Counted from the whole stretch's first letter, positions 25,777-38,712 are shown. The stretch: DNA of 63,829 nt, filler included, from Octopus bimaculoides (GCF_001194135.2; 7 parts of 6 records of this genome joined end to end with filler, not necessarily neighbours in it), one strand, 5' to 3'. Notes: a model not told the origin generated them from the sequence alone. Program-made: numbers and translations.

Positions 25777-26582
25777 TATATATATATGTGCATATGTGTA
25801 TGCATGCAAGCATGGAAAAGTAGCTCTCAGCATGCTTCTCAACCGCATAGTGTCTCAGGTTGAGTTCCACAGTGTGGTGCATGGGACAATCAAAAGCCTT
25901 GGGAGTGGCTATGGTTGACAGAAACTGAAAGAAGCCCATCATATATGTATAAGTTTGTGTGTATCCTCCTTGACTTGATACTGTGCAGGGATTCTAAATA
26001 AGCAGCATCATCATACAAATGATGTTGCTCGTTTTTAGTCTTCCACAGAAAACTTGGCTGGCCATGAGGAAATATTAGCTTACCTGAAAATCAGGTGAGA
26101 GTTGGTGACAGGTAGAACATATAGCTGTAGTTAAATCTGCCTCAATGAATTCCATCTAATCCATGCTGACACAGAAATGTGGATATTAAACTGATGATTT
26201 TATATATTTATATGTGTGTGTGTATACACTGCTCTATTCTTTAAAGTGTGCTTCTTTCTGATATATATTCTTTATTAACGTCCGCTTTCCATGCTAGCAT
26301 GGGTTGGACGATTTGACTGAGGACTGGTGATCCAGATGGCTACACCAAGCTCCAATCTGATTTGGCAGAGTTTCTACAGCTATGGTTCCGAGTTCAGTCC
26401 CACTGTGTGACACCATGAGCAAGTGTTTTCTACTATTGCCTCATGCTGACCAAAACCTTCTGAGTGGAATTTAACCTGGAACGATGGGTTCATACCACAA
26501 GCTTCTTACCAGACAGCCATATACACACACACACACACACATAAACACACTTGTTCATCCATTTATTCTTTATGTATTGCAG

Positions 26583-26716
26583 CTGTCAATGTCCCCAAAA
26601 ACACACAGGGAGACACTGTGAAACCAAGTATATTCCTTGTCAACCAAGTCCTTGTCTAAATGGTGGTACTTGTAGCCGCACCAATCAGTTCCAGTTCATG
26701 TGTTTATGTCCTAAAG
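26583..26716 (+). CDS. Notch: Notch internal exon D (end of EGF5, most of EGF6)
   Basis: ttgcAG acceptor, GTAAGA donor at 26717; 134 nt, phase 2-1. Completes TT+C = Phe, then [45 protein letters not shown] (Drosophila CDTKYKPCSPSPCQNGGIC...CKCPKG). Confidence 0.96.
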
Positions 26717-27056
26717 GTAAGAGACTTCTTATTTTCACTTTTTGCAGACCTATATTTTAAATATTTTTATATACTTTGTTTATTTTTATGTATCTGGGAT
26801 TCTATTTGAGTTCTGTTTTATGAGGGAATTGGCAGAAGTATTACGACTGCTTTGGACAAAATTCATAGCAGCATTTCTTCGTGCACTTAATATTCTAAGC
26901 TCAGATGCTGCTAAGATCAACTTTGCCTTTTGTCCTTTCAGGGTCGATGAAATAAGTACCAGTTATGCACTGAGGTCACTCTAATTGACTAGTCCCCTCC
27001 CCCCAAATTTTAAAGTCAACCTCGGCAGAATCTGAATTCAGAACATAACTATTGTC

Positions 27057-27092
<36 letters not shown>

Positions 27093-27839
27093 GTGTGTGA
27101 GTACGTGCGCATACGTACATATTTGAGTTTCAAAATGGTTCTGAAGTAGTCAACTCAGATTACACCTTTTCCTTTTTTTCTTTTTAGATTTCTCCCTCAT
27201 TTATTCATTCTTTCCTCTTTCATTTTCTTTATTTCTTTCCCATGAAGAACTTAAGTCCAGAATGTTAAGAACTTTTCCATTTCTTGAAATGTGAAACTAA
27301 CAATGTTTCTCGTGTCTTTCATATCCTTGTGTTGCTATTTTCATTTTAAATCACTTGTATGTGCACATGTACGCATGTGTGTGTGTGTGTGTGTGTGGAT
27401 GCATGAGTCTATGTGTACGAGTTCATTTGATTGGTCTACAGCCAGATTTTCCATAGTAACATGGGTTTTATACACACACACATACGTATATATTTATTAA
27501 TATTTAGCAGAAGGAATAGTGACACAAGGTCCAAGAGTTTCATGCATTGGCACTTATCAAACTAGTTTATTAATAAAAAAAATATGTGTTCTATTTTTTC
27601 CTGTTTGCACCAACATAACTATATATATATATATATATATNNNNNNNNNNNNNNNNNNNNNNNNNNNNNNNNNNNNNNNNNNNNNNNNNNNNNNNNNNNN
27701 NNNNNNNNNNNNNNNNNNNNNNNNNNNNNNNNNNNNNNNNNNNNNNNNNNNNNNNNNNNNNNNNNNNNNNNNNNNNNNNNNNNNNNNNNNNNNNNNNNNN
27801 NNNNNNNNNNNNNNNNNNNNNNNNNNNNNNNNNNNNNNN

Positions 27840-27879
<40 letters not shown>

Positions 27880-28499
27880 ATAATTATACATGCACGCGCA
27901 TGGACAGACACACACACACACACGTCATCACCAACCAGATATTGATGAGAAGACAATTGTGTCTAATCCCATGTATTTCACTATTGAGGTCACCATCATA
28001 AATGCAACGAAGCAGTGATTGGCTCAGACAGGAAACTTACAATTAAGCACATTATCATTCATGAAAGTGTGATGTAAAATAATAGAGATATTGCCTTCTT
28101 CTTTTGCTTGCTTCAGTCATTGGACTGCAGCCATGATGGAGCACCACCTTGAAAGGGTTTCAGTCGAAGGAATCAACCGCAGGACTTATTTTTTAAAGCC
28201 TAGTACTTATTCTATCAGTTCTTTTACCAAACCGCTAAGTTACAGGGATGTAAATGCACCAATGCTGGTTGTCAAGCAGTGGTGGGGGACAAACACGGAC
28301 ACAAAGACACATACACACAGATATGTATATATATATACATATATACATATGTCATCATCATCATATACATATATACGTGATGGGCTTCTTTCAGTTTCCA
28401 TCTACCAAATCCGTTCGGAGGCACCATCTTGAAGAACTTCAGTTGAACTATTTCACCTTAATGCTTACATTTTTTCTTTTTTTAAAGTCTGATACTAAT

Positions 28500-28780
28500 A
28501 CTGTTGCTCTCTTTAGCCGAACCGCTAAGTTACAGGAATTTAAATACACCTGCACTGGTTGCAAAGTGGTGGTGGACGAACACACACATACATGCACACA
28601 CACACACATACACGTGTATGTGACAGTCTTCTTTCAGCTTCTGTCTACCAAATCTACTCACAAGGCTTTGGCTGGCTTGAGGCTATAGTGGAAGACACTT
28701 GCCTAAGGTGCCACACAGCAGGACTGAACCTGGAACCCTGTGGTTGGGAAGCAAAACGCTTACTACACAGCCATGCCTGC
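28500..28780 (-). mobile_element. SINE family A copy downstream of Notch exon D
   Basis: Reverse-complement of family A head and body (…gcctaaggtgccacacagcaggactgaacctggaacc…ctactacacagccatgcctgc). Confidence 0.85.
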
Positions 28781-28839
28781 ATCTATCTATGTGTATACAT
28801 ATATATATTTATATATATATATATATATATGTGTATACA

Positions 28840-28888
<49 letters not shown>

Positions 28889-30089
28889 NNNNNNNNNNNN
28901 NNNNNNNNNNNNNNNNNNNNNNNNNNNNNNNNNNNNNNNNNNNNNNNNNNNNNNNNNNNNNNNNNNNNNNNNNNNNNNNNNNNNNNNNNNNNNNNNNNNN
29001 NNNNNNNNNNNNNNNNNNNNNNNNNNNNNNNNNNNNNNNNNNNNNNNNNNNNNNNNNNNNNNNNNNNNNNNNNNNNNNNNNNNNNNNNNNNNNNNNNNNN
29101 NNNNNNNNNNNNNNNNNNNNNNNNNNNNNNNNNNNNNNNNNNNNNNNNNNNNNNNNNNNNNNNNNNNNNNNNNNNNNNNNNNNNNNNNNNNNNNNNNNNN
29201 NNNNNNNNNNNNNNNNNNNNNNNNNNNNNNNNNNNNNNNNNNNNNNNNNNNNNNNNNNNNNNNNNNNNNNNNNNNNNNNNNNNNNNNNNNNNNNNNNNNN
29301 NNNNNNNNNNNNNNNNNNNNNNNNNNNNNNNNNNNNNNNNNNNNNNNNNNNNNNNNNNNNNNNNNNNNNNNNNNNNNNNNNNNNNNNNNNNNNNNNNNNN
29401 NNNNNNNNNNNNNNNNNNNNNNNNNNNNNNNNNNNNNNNNNNNNNNNNNNNNNNNNNNNNNNNNNNNNNNNNNNNNNNNNNNNNNNNNNNNNNNNNNNNN
29501 NNNNNNNNNNNNNNNNNNNNNNNNNNNNNNNNNNNNNNNNNNNNNNNNNNNNNNNNNNNNNNNNNNNNNNNNNNNNNNNNNNNNNNNNNNNNNNNNNNNN
29601 NNNNNNNNNNNNNNNNNNNNNNNNNNNNNNNNNNNNNNNNNNNNNNNNNNNNNNNNNNNNNNNNNNNNNNNNNNNNNNNNNNNNNNNNNNNNNNNNNNNN
29701 NNNNNNNNNNNNNNNNNNNNNNNNNNNNNNNNNNNNNNNNNNNNNNNNNNNNNNNNNNNNNNNNNNNNNNNNNNNNNNNNNNNNNNNNNNNNNNNNNNNN
29801 NNNNNNNNNNNNNCATTGGCAGTTCACCTTTCTTCACTGGCACTTCACCTATCACCCCACACCCCACCCGCCCTGTATTCCATACTCTGACACCTCCCTT
29901 ATCTCCACCCCTCTCCTGCTATCAGTTTTGTTGGGTAGAGTCTTTTCTCTTCTACCCTCATTGTCCCACTAGAACACCAACAATATCAGCAACAATACTG
30001 GTCAGCCAAAGAGGAAACTTCTGTGGTCACTTGACCATCCAGGAATCGCAGTTAAATCTCTTTCATATCGCTTCTGTCCACTCAGCTGT

Positions 30090-30310
30090 ATATGGGTCAG
30101 CCTGTGAAGGAATAGCCTTCTGACCAGAGGGAATATTGGCCTGCTCTCCGAGCCGGTGGGGGGTGGTATCGTTTGAAAGCTAAAACAATGTGAAGCGCAC
30201 TGTGACCAGCGATGTATGATGACATCCAATAGTCTGGTTGGTGCTGTAATATACATGTATATAAAACAGATGGAATGGTCATGGCAGGAATTCCTTTAAT
30301 CGTTGACTTG
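30090..30310 (+). mobile_element. SINE-like body fragment, family unresolved
   Basis: gtttgaaagctaaaacaatgtgaagcgcactgtgaccagcgatg segment; 3' part (gaatggtcatggcaggaattcc) resembles the 61.2-61.8 kb repeat unit and 21870-21950. Confidence 0.45.
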
Positions 30311-32047
30311 GAGTTGAGAATTAGCACCAGTAGTGCTGGTAGTAGAAAAGGGGGTACACTAGTTACTTTAGTCATAGTGGCAGTTATGTTGGTGGTGTTT
30401 GTTGTGGCAGCAGTACTTGTGGTTGGAGTAATAGTAATAGAAGTAGTAGCCGGTGGTGGTGGTGGTCGTCGTGGTGGGTAAGAGTTGTGTGAAAGACATA
30501 AACATACTCTGCACTTTGTGTGTGTGTATGTGCATTAAAGTGAGAGGGTATATATATATATATATATAAGGAGATTGTGTGTAAGATAACAGAGAGAGGG
30601 ATGGTAAGAAATTGAGTGTGTGTGTATGTGTGTGATAGAGAGAGAGAGAGGCTTGGAGGGGGAGAAAGGATGTGTAAGACAGATAGATGGATAGACAAAC
30701 AGAATAGACAGAGAGAGAATAGAGACAGATAAATAGATAGAATAGAGACAGAGAGATGAAGACAAGGAGAATGAGAGAGTATATGTGGTGAGAGAAAGAG
30801 AATGATAGTCATAGAGGAGAGAGAGAGAGAGAGTATTGTGATACCAATATTACTCTATGTTGTATGTGTTGTAGTTATTGTTTGTCTAAGCTTGTCCATT
30901 AATTGACTTCACTGTACAGTGTCAACTGCAGTGACGGGTGTGTGTGTCAGTGTTTGGTGTTGGTGATGGGGGGGGACGGTCTGAGAAGAAAATTTGGTCA
31001 GAATCATCACTAGCACCAGTATCATTGCAGGAACTACTGTCATCTGCATCATTATCATCATCATCATCATCATCATCATCACTATCATTTCCATGAGGTG
31101 TAGCGGAGGCGGTGGTGGTGCGGGGTGGGGGTTCTGTCTGTATGTCTTGTGAGGATTCTAAGATTTAGCATCTGGAAAGTACATATCCTAAGTGCTTGTT
31201 TTATGGTACTTCATCAAACCCTGGAAGCCTGAAAGTCAGAGTTGATCACAGCAGGATTTGAACTCAAAGCACATAGAACATATCATCATCATCATCATCG
31301 TCATCATTTAACGTCCATTTTCCATGCTGGCATGGGTTGGATGGTTTGACAAGAGCCGACAAAGCTAGGAGCTGCACCTGTTTTGGGATGGTTTCTACAG
31401 TCGGATCGCCCTTCCTGACACCAACCACTTGGCAACATGTACTGGGTGACTTTTATGTGAAACTGGCACCAGTGTCTTTTACATGGCACCCAGCATTCTA
31501 TCCAATGCCATAAGGACTTTGCCCAACATAAGATTCATATAAGATGGTGGTGGTGGTGGTGGTGGTGGATTGTCACGAATCTATCCATGCCCATGCNNNN
31601 NNNNNNNNNNNNNNNNNNNNNNNNNNNNNNNNNNNNNNNNNNNNNNNNNNNNNNNNNNNNNNNNNNNNNNNNNNNNNNNNNNNNNNNNNNNNNNNNNNNN
31701 NNNNNNNNNNNNNNNNNNNNNNNNNNNNNNNNNNNNNNNNNNNNNNNNNNNNNNNNNNNNNNNNNNNNNNNNNNNNNNNNNNNNNNNNNNNNNNNNNNNN
31801 NNNNNNNNNNNNNNNNNNNNNNNNNNNNNNNNNNNNNNNNNNNNNNNNNNNNNNNNNNNNNNNNNNNNNNNNNNNNNNNNNNNNNNNNNNNNNNNNNNNN
31901 NNNNNNNNNNNNNNNNNNNNNNNNNNNNNNNNNNNNNNNNNNNNNNNNNNNNNNNNNNNNNNNNNNNNNNNNNNNNNNNNNNNNNNNNNNNNNNNNNNNN
32001 NNNNNNNNNNNNNNNNNNNNNNNNNNNNNNNNNNNNNNNNNNNNNNN

Positions 32048-32078
<31 letters not shown>

Positions 32079-32989
32079 TCATCATCATCATCATCAAACA
32101 ATGGGCTTCTTTCAGTTTCTGTCTACTATATGTGCTCACAAGGGTTTTTTGGGCCCAGTGTTATAATAGAAGACACTTGCCCAAGTTGCCCCGCAGTGGG
32201 ACTGAACCAGAAACCAGATAGTTTTTAGGAAAGTGAATGCTTCAAACACTCAGCCATTTGTTCGTCTTGGCACAACATTAAAGAAACCCTGCCAAAAACC
32301 AACAAAAAGAAAAACAAACCCCCACCCCACCCCCTAAACAAGACAACATACAGATAACATACACTTGTACCAAACACGAAAAAAAAAACAAAACACACTC
32401 CTTGACTGCCAAGATAAAAATGCTAGCTGTTAAAATGTTCATAACTCTATCAGTGATAGCAATGAGAGAGAACACCAAATTGTCCCCAAATCACACATAC
32501 ACACAGTACATATATACTTTAAAACCCCCAACAACTTTACCACGTAATAAGAGAAGCAGGAATTTATCGTAATAGTAGTACAAATAAGCCATTACATATT
32601 TCTGCCAGTTCCCACCCTTTTTTCTCAAGATTATTTTAATCTTTGTGTTCAATTCCTGCTTGATATGGATCTTTGCTAGGGTTCCTGTGAGACAGTCACT
32701 AGAATCTTGATCTCAATACAACATGGCTATTGTTATTTTGAATAAGGAAAATAAGGAAAAAAAAAACAACAACAACAAAAAAACAAGTCTACTAGTTTAC
32801 TTATTGCTTCAATTTTAACCAGGCTCATATCTTAGAGTTTCATCTAACCATAAACTTCCTGAAGTGTGTGTGTGTATGTGTGTGTGAGTGTGTAGTGTGT
32901 AATTGTGTGTATTTGTATAAGTATGTGTGGGTATAATATATATATGGGTGTGTATGTGTGTATTTGTATAAGTGTGTGTGTGTGTGTAT

Positions 32990-33159
32990 ATATCATCATC
33001 ATCATCATCATCGTTTAACGTCCGCTTTCCATGCTAGCATGGGTTGGACGATTTGACTGAGGACTGGTGAAACCGGATGGCAACACCAGGCTCCAGTCTG
33101 ATTTGGCAGAGTTTCTACAGCTGGATGCCCTTCCTAACGCCAACCACTCAGAGAGTGTA
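32990..33159 (-). mobile_element. RTE-type 3' tail repeat ending in (GAT)n
   Basis: catcatcatcgtttaacgtccgctttccatgctagcatggg...ctggatgcccttcc; near-identical copy at 26270-26385, diverged copies at 31280-31440(-) and 17420-17570(+). Confidence 0.75.
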
Positions 33160-33294
33160 NNNNNNNNNNNNNNNNNNNNNNNNNNNNNNNNNNNNNNNNN
33201 NNNTTAATTAATTAANNNNNNNNNNNNNNNNNNNNNNNNNNNNNNNNNNNNNNNNNNNNCATACATACAGAGACACAGAGACAGACAGACAGAC

Positions 33295-33528
33295 GGCGAG
33301 CTGGCAGAATCGTTAGCACGCCGGCGGGCGAAATGCTTAGCGGTATTTCGTCTGTCTTTACGTTCTGAGATCAAATTCCGCCGAAGTCGACTTTGCCTTT
33401 CATCCTTTCAGGGTCGATAAATTAAGTACCAGTTACGCACTGGGGTCGATGTAATCGACTCAATCCCTCTGTCTGTCCTTGTTTGTCCCCTCGATGTTTA
33501 GCCCCTTGTGGGCAATAAAGAAATAAGA
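33295..33528 (+). mobile_element. tRNA-derived SINE, family B
   Basis: GGCGAGCTGGCAGAATCGTTAG...GATCAAATTCCGCCGAAGTCGACTTTGCC. Copies at 17945-18154(-), 46901-47125(+), 56320-56460(+), 59705-59923(-), 26920-27045, 20660-20780. Confidence 0.88.
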
Positions 33529-33590
33529 AATTGTAGCTGGTGAGGTCGTAGAAATTCTCCGGCTACCGCTTCTGATTCTTTCTGTAGGTA

Positions 33591-34690
33591 CGAGGGTCAG
33601 CCGAAAAATCCTTTGCCTGACCAAAATATTCTAATGGGGTGTGATCAAATGAGGCTTATTTTTCAACATTGTCCACCTTGCGGTTCACAGACATCTTCCA
33701 TCGGTGTTGATGGATTCCATTGGTGAAGAAGCTGTCATACTATTGGTCAAAAAGTGATCAACAGCCGATATGACGTCATCATCAGTGCGGTACTGGTTTC
33801 CAGCCAAGTTTTCTGTTTCATGTTGGGGAACAGATGATAGTCAGGTAAGGCCCAATCAGGAGAACAGGGAGGATAAATCAACCAGTTCAAATCCAGTCAT
33901 GCGCAGCGACCATTGAAAACAAGGACTTGAGTGCTGGAGCATTGTCCTGATGAAACATGACCCCTTTCGTTAGTTTTCATGGGTGTTTGGACATGATAGC
34001 CTTTCCTAACTAATTTGGCACAATACTCTCCAATGATGTGCTGGTGTTTTGAAGGTTGTCAATAAACAATGTCTTTTGCATCCCTCAAAACTGAGGCCAT
34101 CACCTTCCCGGCAGATGAAACGACCTTGGCCTTCCTTGGAGCAGGTGAGGGGGTGTTTCCACTGCGTGGATTGTCTCTTTGTCTCAGGCTCAAAGTGATG
34201 ACACCAAATCTCATTCTGGGTTAATAAGCTTTCAAGAAATCTACCGGATGTGCCTCAAACAATGTCAATTTTCCCGTGATTTGATCAGACTGATGCACCT
34301 TTGATCAGGTGTCAGAAGACGTGGCACGCACCGAGCAGAAATCTTCGTCGAGCCAAGTTTCTTGTGCAGAATATTCTTGCGAAATATGCTTATAACACTG
34401 GGTATTTGATTTATAGTCAAACGCCTGTAATCCATCCGCATTTGGTAAACACGATCAATAAGTTCTGTGGTGGCAGTTGCGGAACGTCCTGACACTGGGT
34501 CATCTTCAATACTCTCCTGGTCCCCTCCTAAATTCAGCAGTCCACTTTTGCTCTCTGTCGATAAAGATGGAACCTATTCCTCTGATGTAGCAACCATGTC
34601 AGCATGAATGTCCTTGGGGGTTAAACCCTTTCTCTGCAGTTACTTGATAACTGCACGATGCCAAAGTTTGTTGATATTCAAGAGACCGCA
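33591..34690 (-). mobile_element. Decayed mariner (DD34D) transposon, one terminal repeat visible
   Basis: TA-CGAGGG end at 33589-33596. Minus-strand frames give WHRAVIK*LQRKGLTPKDIHADMVAT, CVPRLLTPDQ (WVPRLLT), KAKVVSSAGKVMAS, FHQDNAPA and PPCSPDWALPDYHLF (YSPDLAP.D). Multiple stops and frameshifts. Confidence 0.92.
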
Positions 34691-34857
34691 GCAAGTGGAC
34701 TGGATTGTTTTGCCGAAGAACACAACTCATCTCCTCGTCCGGAAATCGAAATCACGATCTTGAGTTGGAGACACCTTTATCAGTAAGCCAGGTCCCTTCA
34801 CACAAAGTTACAAGATAAAAGTTAAACAAAGTTAAAACATAGTAAAAGTTAAACATA

Positions 34858-35240
34858 GGCGCAGGAGTGGCTGTGTGGTAAGTAGCTTGCTTACCAATCA
34901 CTCGGTTCCGGGTTCAGTCCCACTGCGTGGCACCTTGGGCAAGTGTCTTTCATTATAGCCCCGGGCCGATCAGGGCCTTGTGAGTGGATTTGGTAGACGG
35001 AAACTGAAAGAATCTCGTCGTATATATATATATATATGTGTGTGTATGTGTATATGTTTGTGTTTGTGTGTGTCCCAGCATCACTTGACAACCGATGCTG
35101 ATGTGTTTACGTCCCCGTTACTTAGCGGTTCGGCAAAGAAACTGACATAATAAATACTAGGCTTACAAGGAATAAGTCCTGGGGGGTCGACTTGCTCCAG
35201 CATGGCCGCAATCAAAATGACTGAAACAAGTAAAAAGAAA
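34858..35240 (+). mobile_element. Near full-length tRNA-derived SINE, family A (abundant octopus-type)
   Basis: Head GGCGCAGGAGTGGCTGTGTGG (A box) and GGTTCAGTCCC (B box), internal (TA/TG)n. Homologous copies at ~2750-2930(+), 7790-8275(-), 15660-15905(-), 15931-16245(+), 25795-25945(+), 26385-26470(+), 28100-28400(-), 28500-28780(-), 32100-32250(-), 35820-35950(-), 54655-54760(-), 55707-55751(+), 62430-62600(-). Confidence 0.88.
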
Positions 35241-35985
35241 ATATTTGAGCGTTCGGTGACAGTAACGCCCACTATATGGCATGTCTTCAGTTCTGTTTAA
35301 AAGCTTATTTACGGGCAAAGTTCTTTTATGATGGCGAAGATTCTGTGTGGAAGACTAAAGACTAAAACAACTTACTGAGGAACAAAACTATTCTACCATC
35401 CTACCTCTGACCAAGGGCAAAAGATTTCTCTTCCTTGTGTATTCTCAAACGATTCTTGTTTTATACAACATCCATAAACAAGATGTAATACTTTCTGATC
35501 TCCAGCAGCAAGCGCTTGCACCATACTTTTCCTACAAATCTTTCTGAAGAGTGCCGAGTAAAGTGTCTGAAGAGTGCCGAGAAAAGTATCTCGGCACTCT
35601 TCAGTATGAAATTTGATTGATAAAATCGACTGAAATGGAACTAAAACATGATATTGTATGAAAAGTAATCAGAGATCCTTCTGGAGACCTAGGTTCCTGA
35701 AATGCTGCAGAGTGTGTATTCTTGTTCTACTATATGCGTGTGTGTGTGTATGCATGTGTGTGTGTGTGAGTGTGTGTAGGGGGTTGGAGTTGGGGTAATA
35801 TGCAACGGCTTTCCATATTCTGCCAATAACTTGTGACTGTCTTGATCAAGCCGAAGCTATTGTAGAAGACACTTGTCAAAAGTTACCGCGCGCTGGAACT
35901 GAAAACGAAACCTCGTAATTTAAAAGTAAGCTTCTTAACCAAACGACCATGCTTTCAGCAACAGCAGCAGCAGTAGTATTAGTAT

Positions 35986-36048
<63 letters not shown>

Positions 36049-38675
36049 TGGCGGTGGCTTCGTTATCGTCGTCGTAGTAGTGGTGGTGATTGTAGTAGTG
36101 GTGTGGTAGTAGTGTTGGAGGGTGGTTGCTTCGTTGTCGTCGTCGTCGTAGTAGTAGTAGTGGTGGTGGTGGTGGCTTCGTTATCGTCGTCGTAGTAGTG
36201 GTGGTGATTGTAGTAGTTGTAGTAGTGGTGTGGTAGTAGTGTTGGAGGGTGGTTGCTTCGTTGTCGTCGTCGTCGTAGTAGTAGTAGTGGTGGTGGTGGT
36301 GGTGGTGGTGGTGGTGGTGGTAGTGGCGATGGTAGTAGTAGTAATTGTGTTGTGTTAGTAGTAGTAGTAACAGGTGAGGCAATTAAGACAGAATTATCAA
36401 CTCCAAAACCATGATATGATTCCGTATATGGTACGCGTGTGTACTACAATGTATAAACTCATCAATGTGTCCACGGCATAGTTAGCTCTACTTCGGCAAT
36501 CGCTCCCTCTCTCTCCAAGGTCTCCTCTCTCACTCTAGTTATACATACCTACAAACATAAAGGCATACATACACACTCACACACACACACACATATACAT
36601 ATACACAACCTCATACTCACACACACACATACATATACACACGGACATATATATACATACATATATTCAAATATATATATGTATATATATATATGCATAT
36701 ATATATTTGAATATATATATGTATGTATATATATATTTAAAAAAATATATGTATATATATATAGATATACATACATATATTCAAATATATATATGTATAT
36801 ATTTAAATATATATATGTATATCTCTATATATACATATATTTTTAAAATATATATATATACATACATATATATATATTTAAATATATATTATCTGTCTAT
36901 ATACATATATATATATGTATATCTATANNNNNNNNNNNNNNNNNNNNNNNNNNNNNNNNNNNNNNNNNNNNNNNNNNNNNNNNNNNNNNNNNNNNNNNNN
37001 NNNNNNNNNNNNNNNNNNNNNNNNNNNNNNNNNNNNNNNNNNNNNNNNNNNNNNNNNNNNNNNNNNNNNNNNNNNNNNNNNNNNNNNNNNNNNNNNNNNN
37101 NNNNNNNNNNNNNNNNNNNNNNNTATATATATACACATATATATATATATATTTGTGTATCTATATGCATATAGATATGCATATATGAAAGAATGTGTGT
37201 GTATATATATATTATATGTATATGTGTGTAGATTTTATCTATAATTATATCAATCTATATTTATCTAAAAATTTTATTTATCAATATATATATATGTCTC
37301 TCACTCTATGGATATACACACAAATATGTTGAAATGCGCATAGAGATATATATATTTACAGACACAATCATACAGGCATATACATTCGCACATATACGAA
37401 CATCAATATTCAATTAAGTGATGTGATTGAAAGATGAACGCAGTCTAAAAACTTATTTCATTTCCAAACAGAATTGCTGTATTAAATTACTTCCATTCTT
37501 CACCTGCCTCGCCATGGAATCCGTTCCTTTTTTTCCAATTCCACGGCCATTTTCCTTTCATCATTTCTCTTTAATTCGATAGGTAGATCATACTGACATA
37601 CACAGGCACGCACGCACACGTGCACACACACACACACGCATACACACAGAGACACAAACGCTGACACACACATATGCATACATAGATGCATACATATTCA
37701 TACGTACATACATACCCACTTATATATGTTATACATGTATACGTGTATATATATATATATATATATATATNNNNNNNNNNNNNNNNNNNNNNNNNNNNNN
37801 NNNNNNNNNNNNNNNNNNNNNNNNNNNNNNNNNNNNNNNNNNNNNNNNNNNNNNNNNNNNNNNNNNNNNNNNNNNNNNNNNNNNNNNNNNNNNNNNNNNN
37901 NNNNNNNNNNNNNNNNNNNNNNNNNNNNNNNNNNNNNNNNNNNNNNNNNNNNNNNNNNNNNNNNNNNNNNNNNNNNNNNNNNNNNNNNNNNNNNNNNNNN
38001 NNNNNNNNNNNNNNNNNNNNNNNNNNNNNNNNNNNNNNNNNNNNNNNNNNNNNNNNNNNNNNNNNNNNNNNNNNNNNNNNNNNNNNNNNNNNNNNNNNNN
38101 NNNNNNNNNNNNNNNNNNNNNNNNNNNNNNNNNNNNNNNNNNNNNNNNNNNNNNNNNNNNNNNNNNNNNNNNNNNNNNNNNNNNNNNNNNNNNNNNNNNN
38201 NNNNNNNNNNNNNNNNNNNNNNNNNNNNNNNNNNNNNNNNNNNNNNNNNNNNNNNNNNNNNNNNNNNNNNNNNNNNNNNNNNNNNNNNNNNNNNNNNNNN
38301 NNNNNNNNNNNNNNNNNNNNNNNNNNNNNNNNNNNNNNNNNNNNNNNNNNNNNNNNNNNNNNNNNNNNNNNNNNNNNNNNNNNNNNNNNNNNNNNNNNNN
38401 NNNNNNNNNNNNNNNNNNNNNNNNNNNNNNNNNNNNNNNNNNNNNNNNNNNNNNNNNNNNNNNNNNNNNNNNNNNNNNNNNNNNNNNNNNNNNNNNNNNN
38501 NNNNNNNNNNNNNNNNNNNNNNNNNNNNNNNNNNNNNNNNNNNNNNNNNNNNNNNNNNNNNNNNNNNNNNNNNNNNNNNNNNNNNNNNNNNNNNNNNNNN
38601 NNNNNNNNNNNNNNNNNNNNNNNNNNNNNNNNNNNNNNNNNNNNNNNNNNNNNNNNNNNNNNNNNNNNNNNNNNN

Positions 38676-38712
<37 letters not shown>

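Noticed and set aside
30910-30985. Cys-rich frame VNCSDGCVCQC after an AG
   Set aside because: Spacing does not fit an EGF repeat, it derives from TG repeats, and it ends in a stop.
34858-34935. tRNA-like A/B box sequences (many copies)
   Set aside because: They continue into SINE bodies and lack a complete cloverleaf; SINE heads, not tRNA genes.
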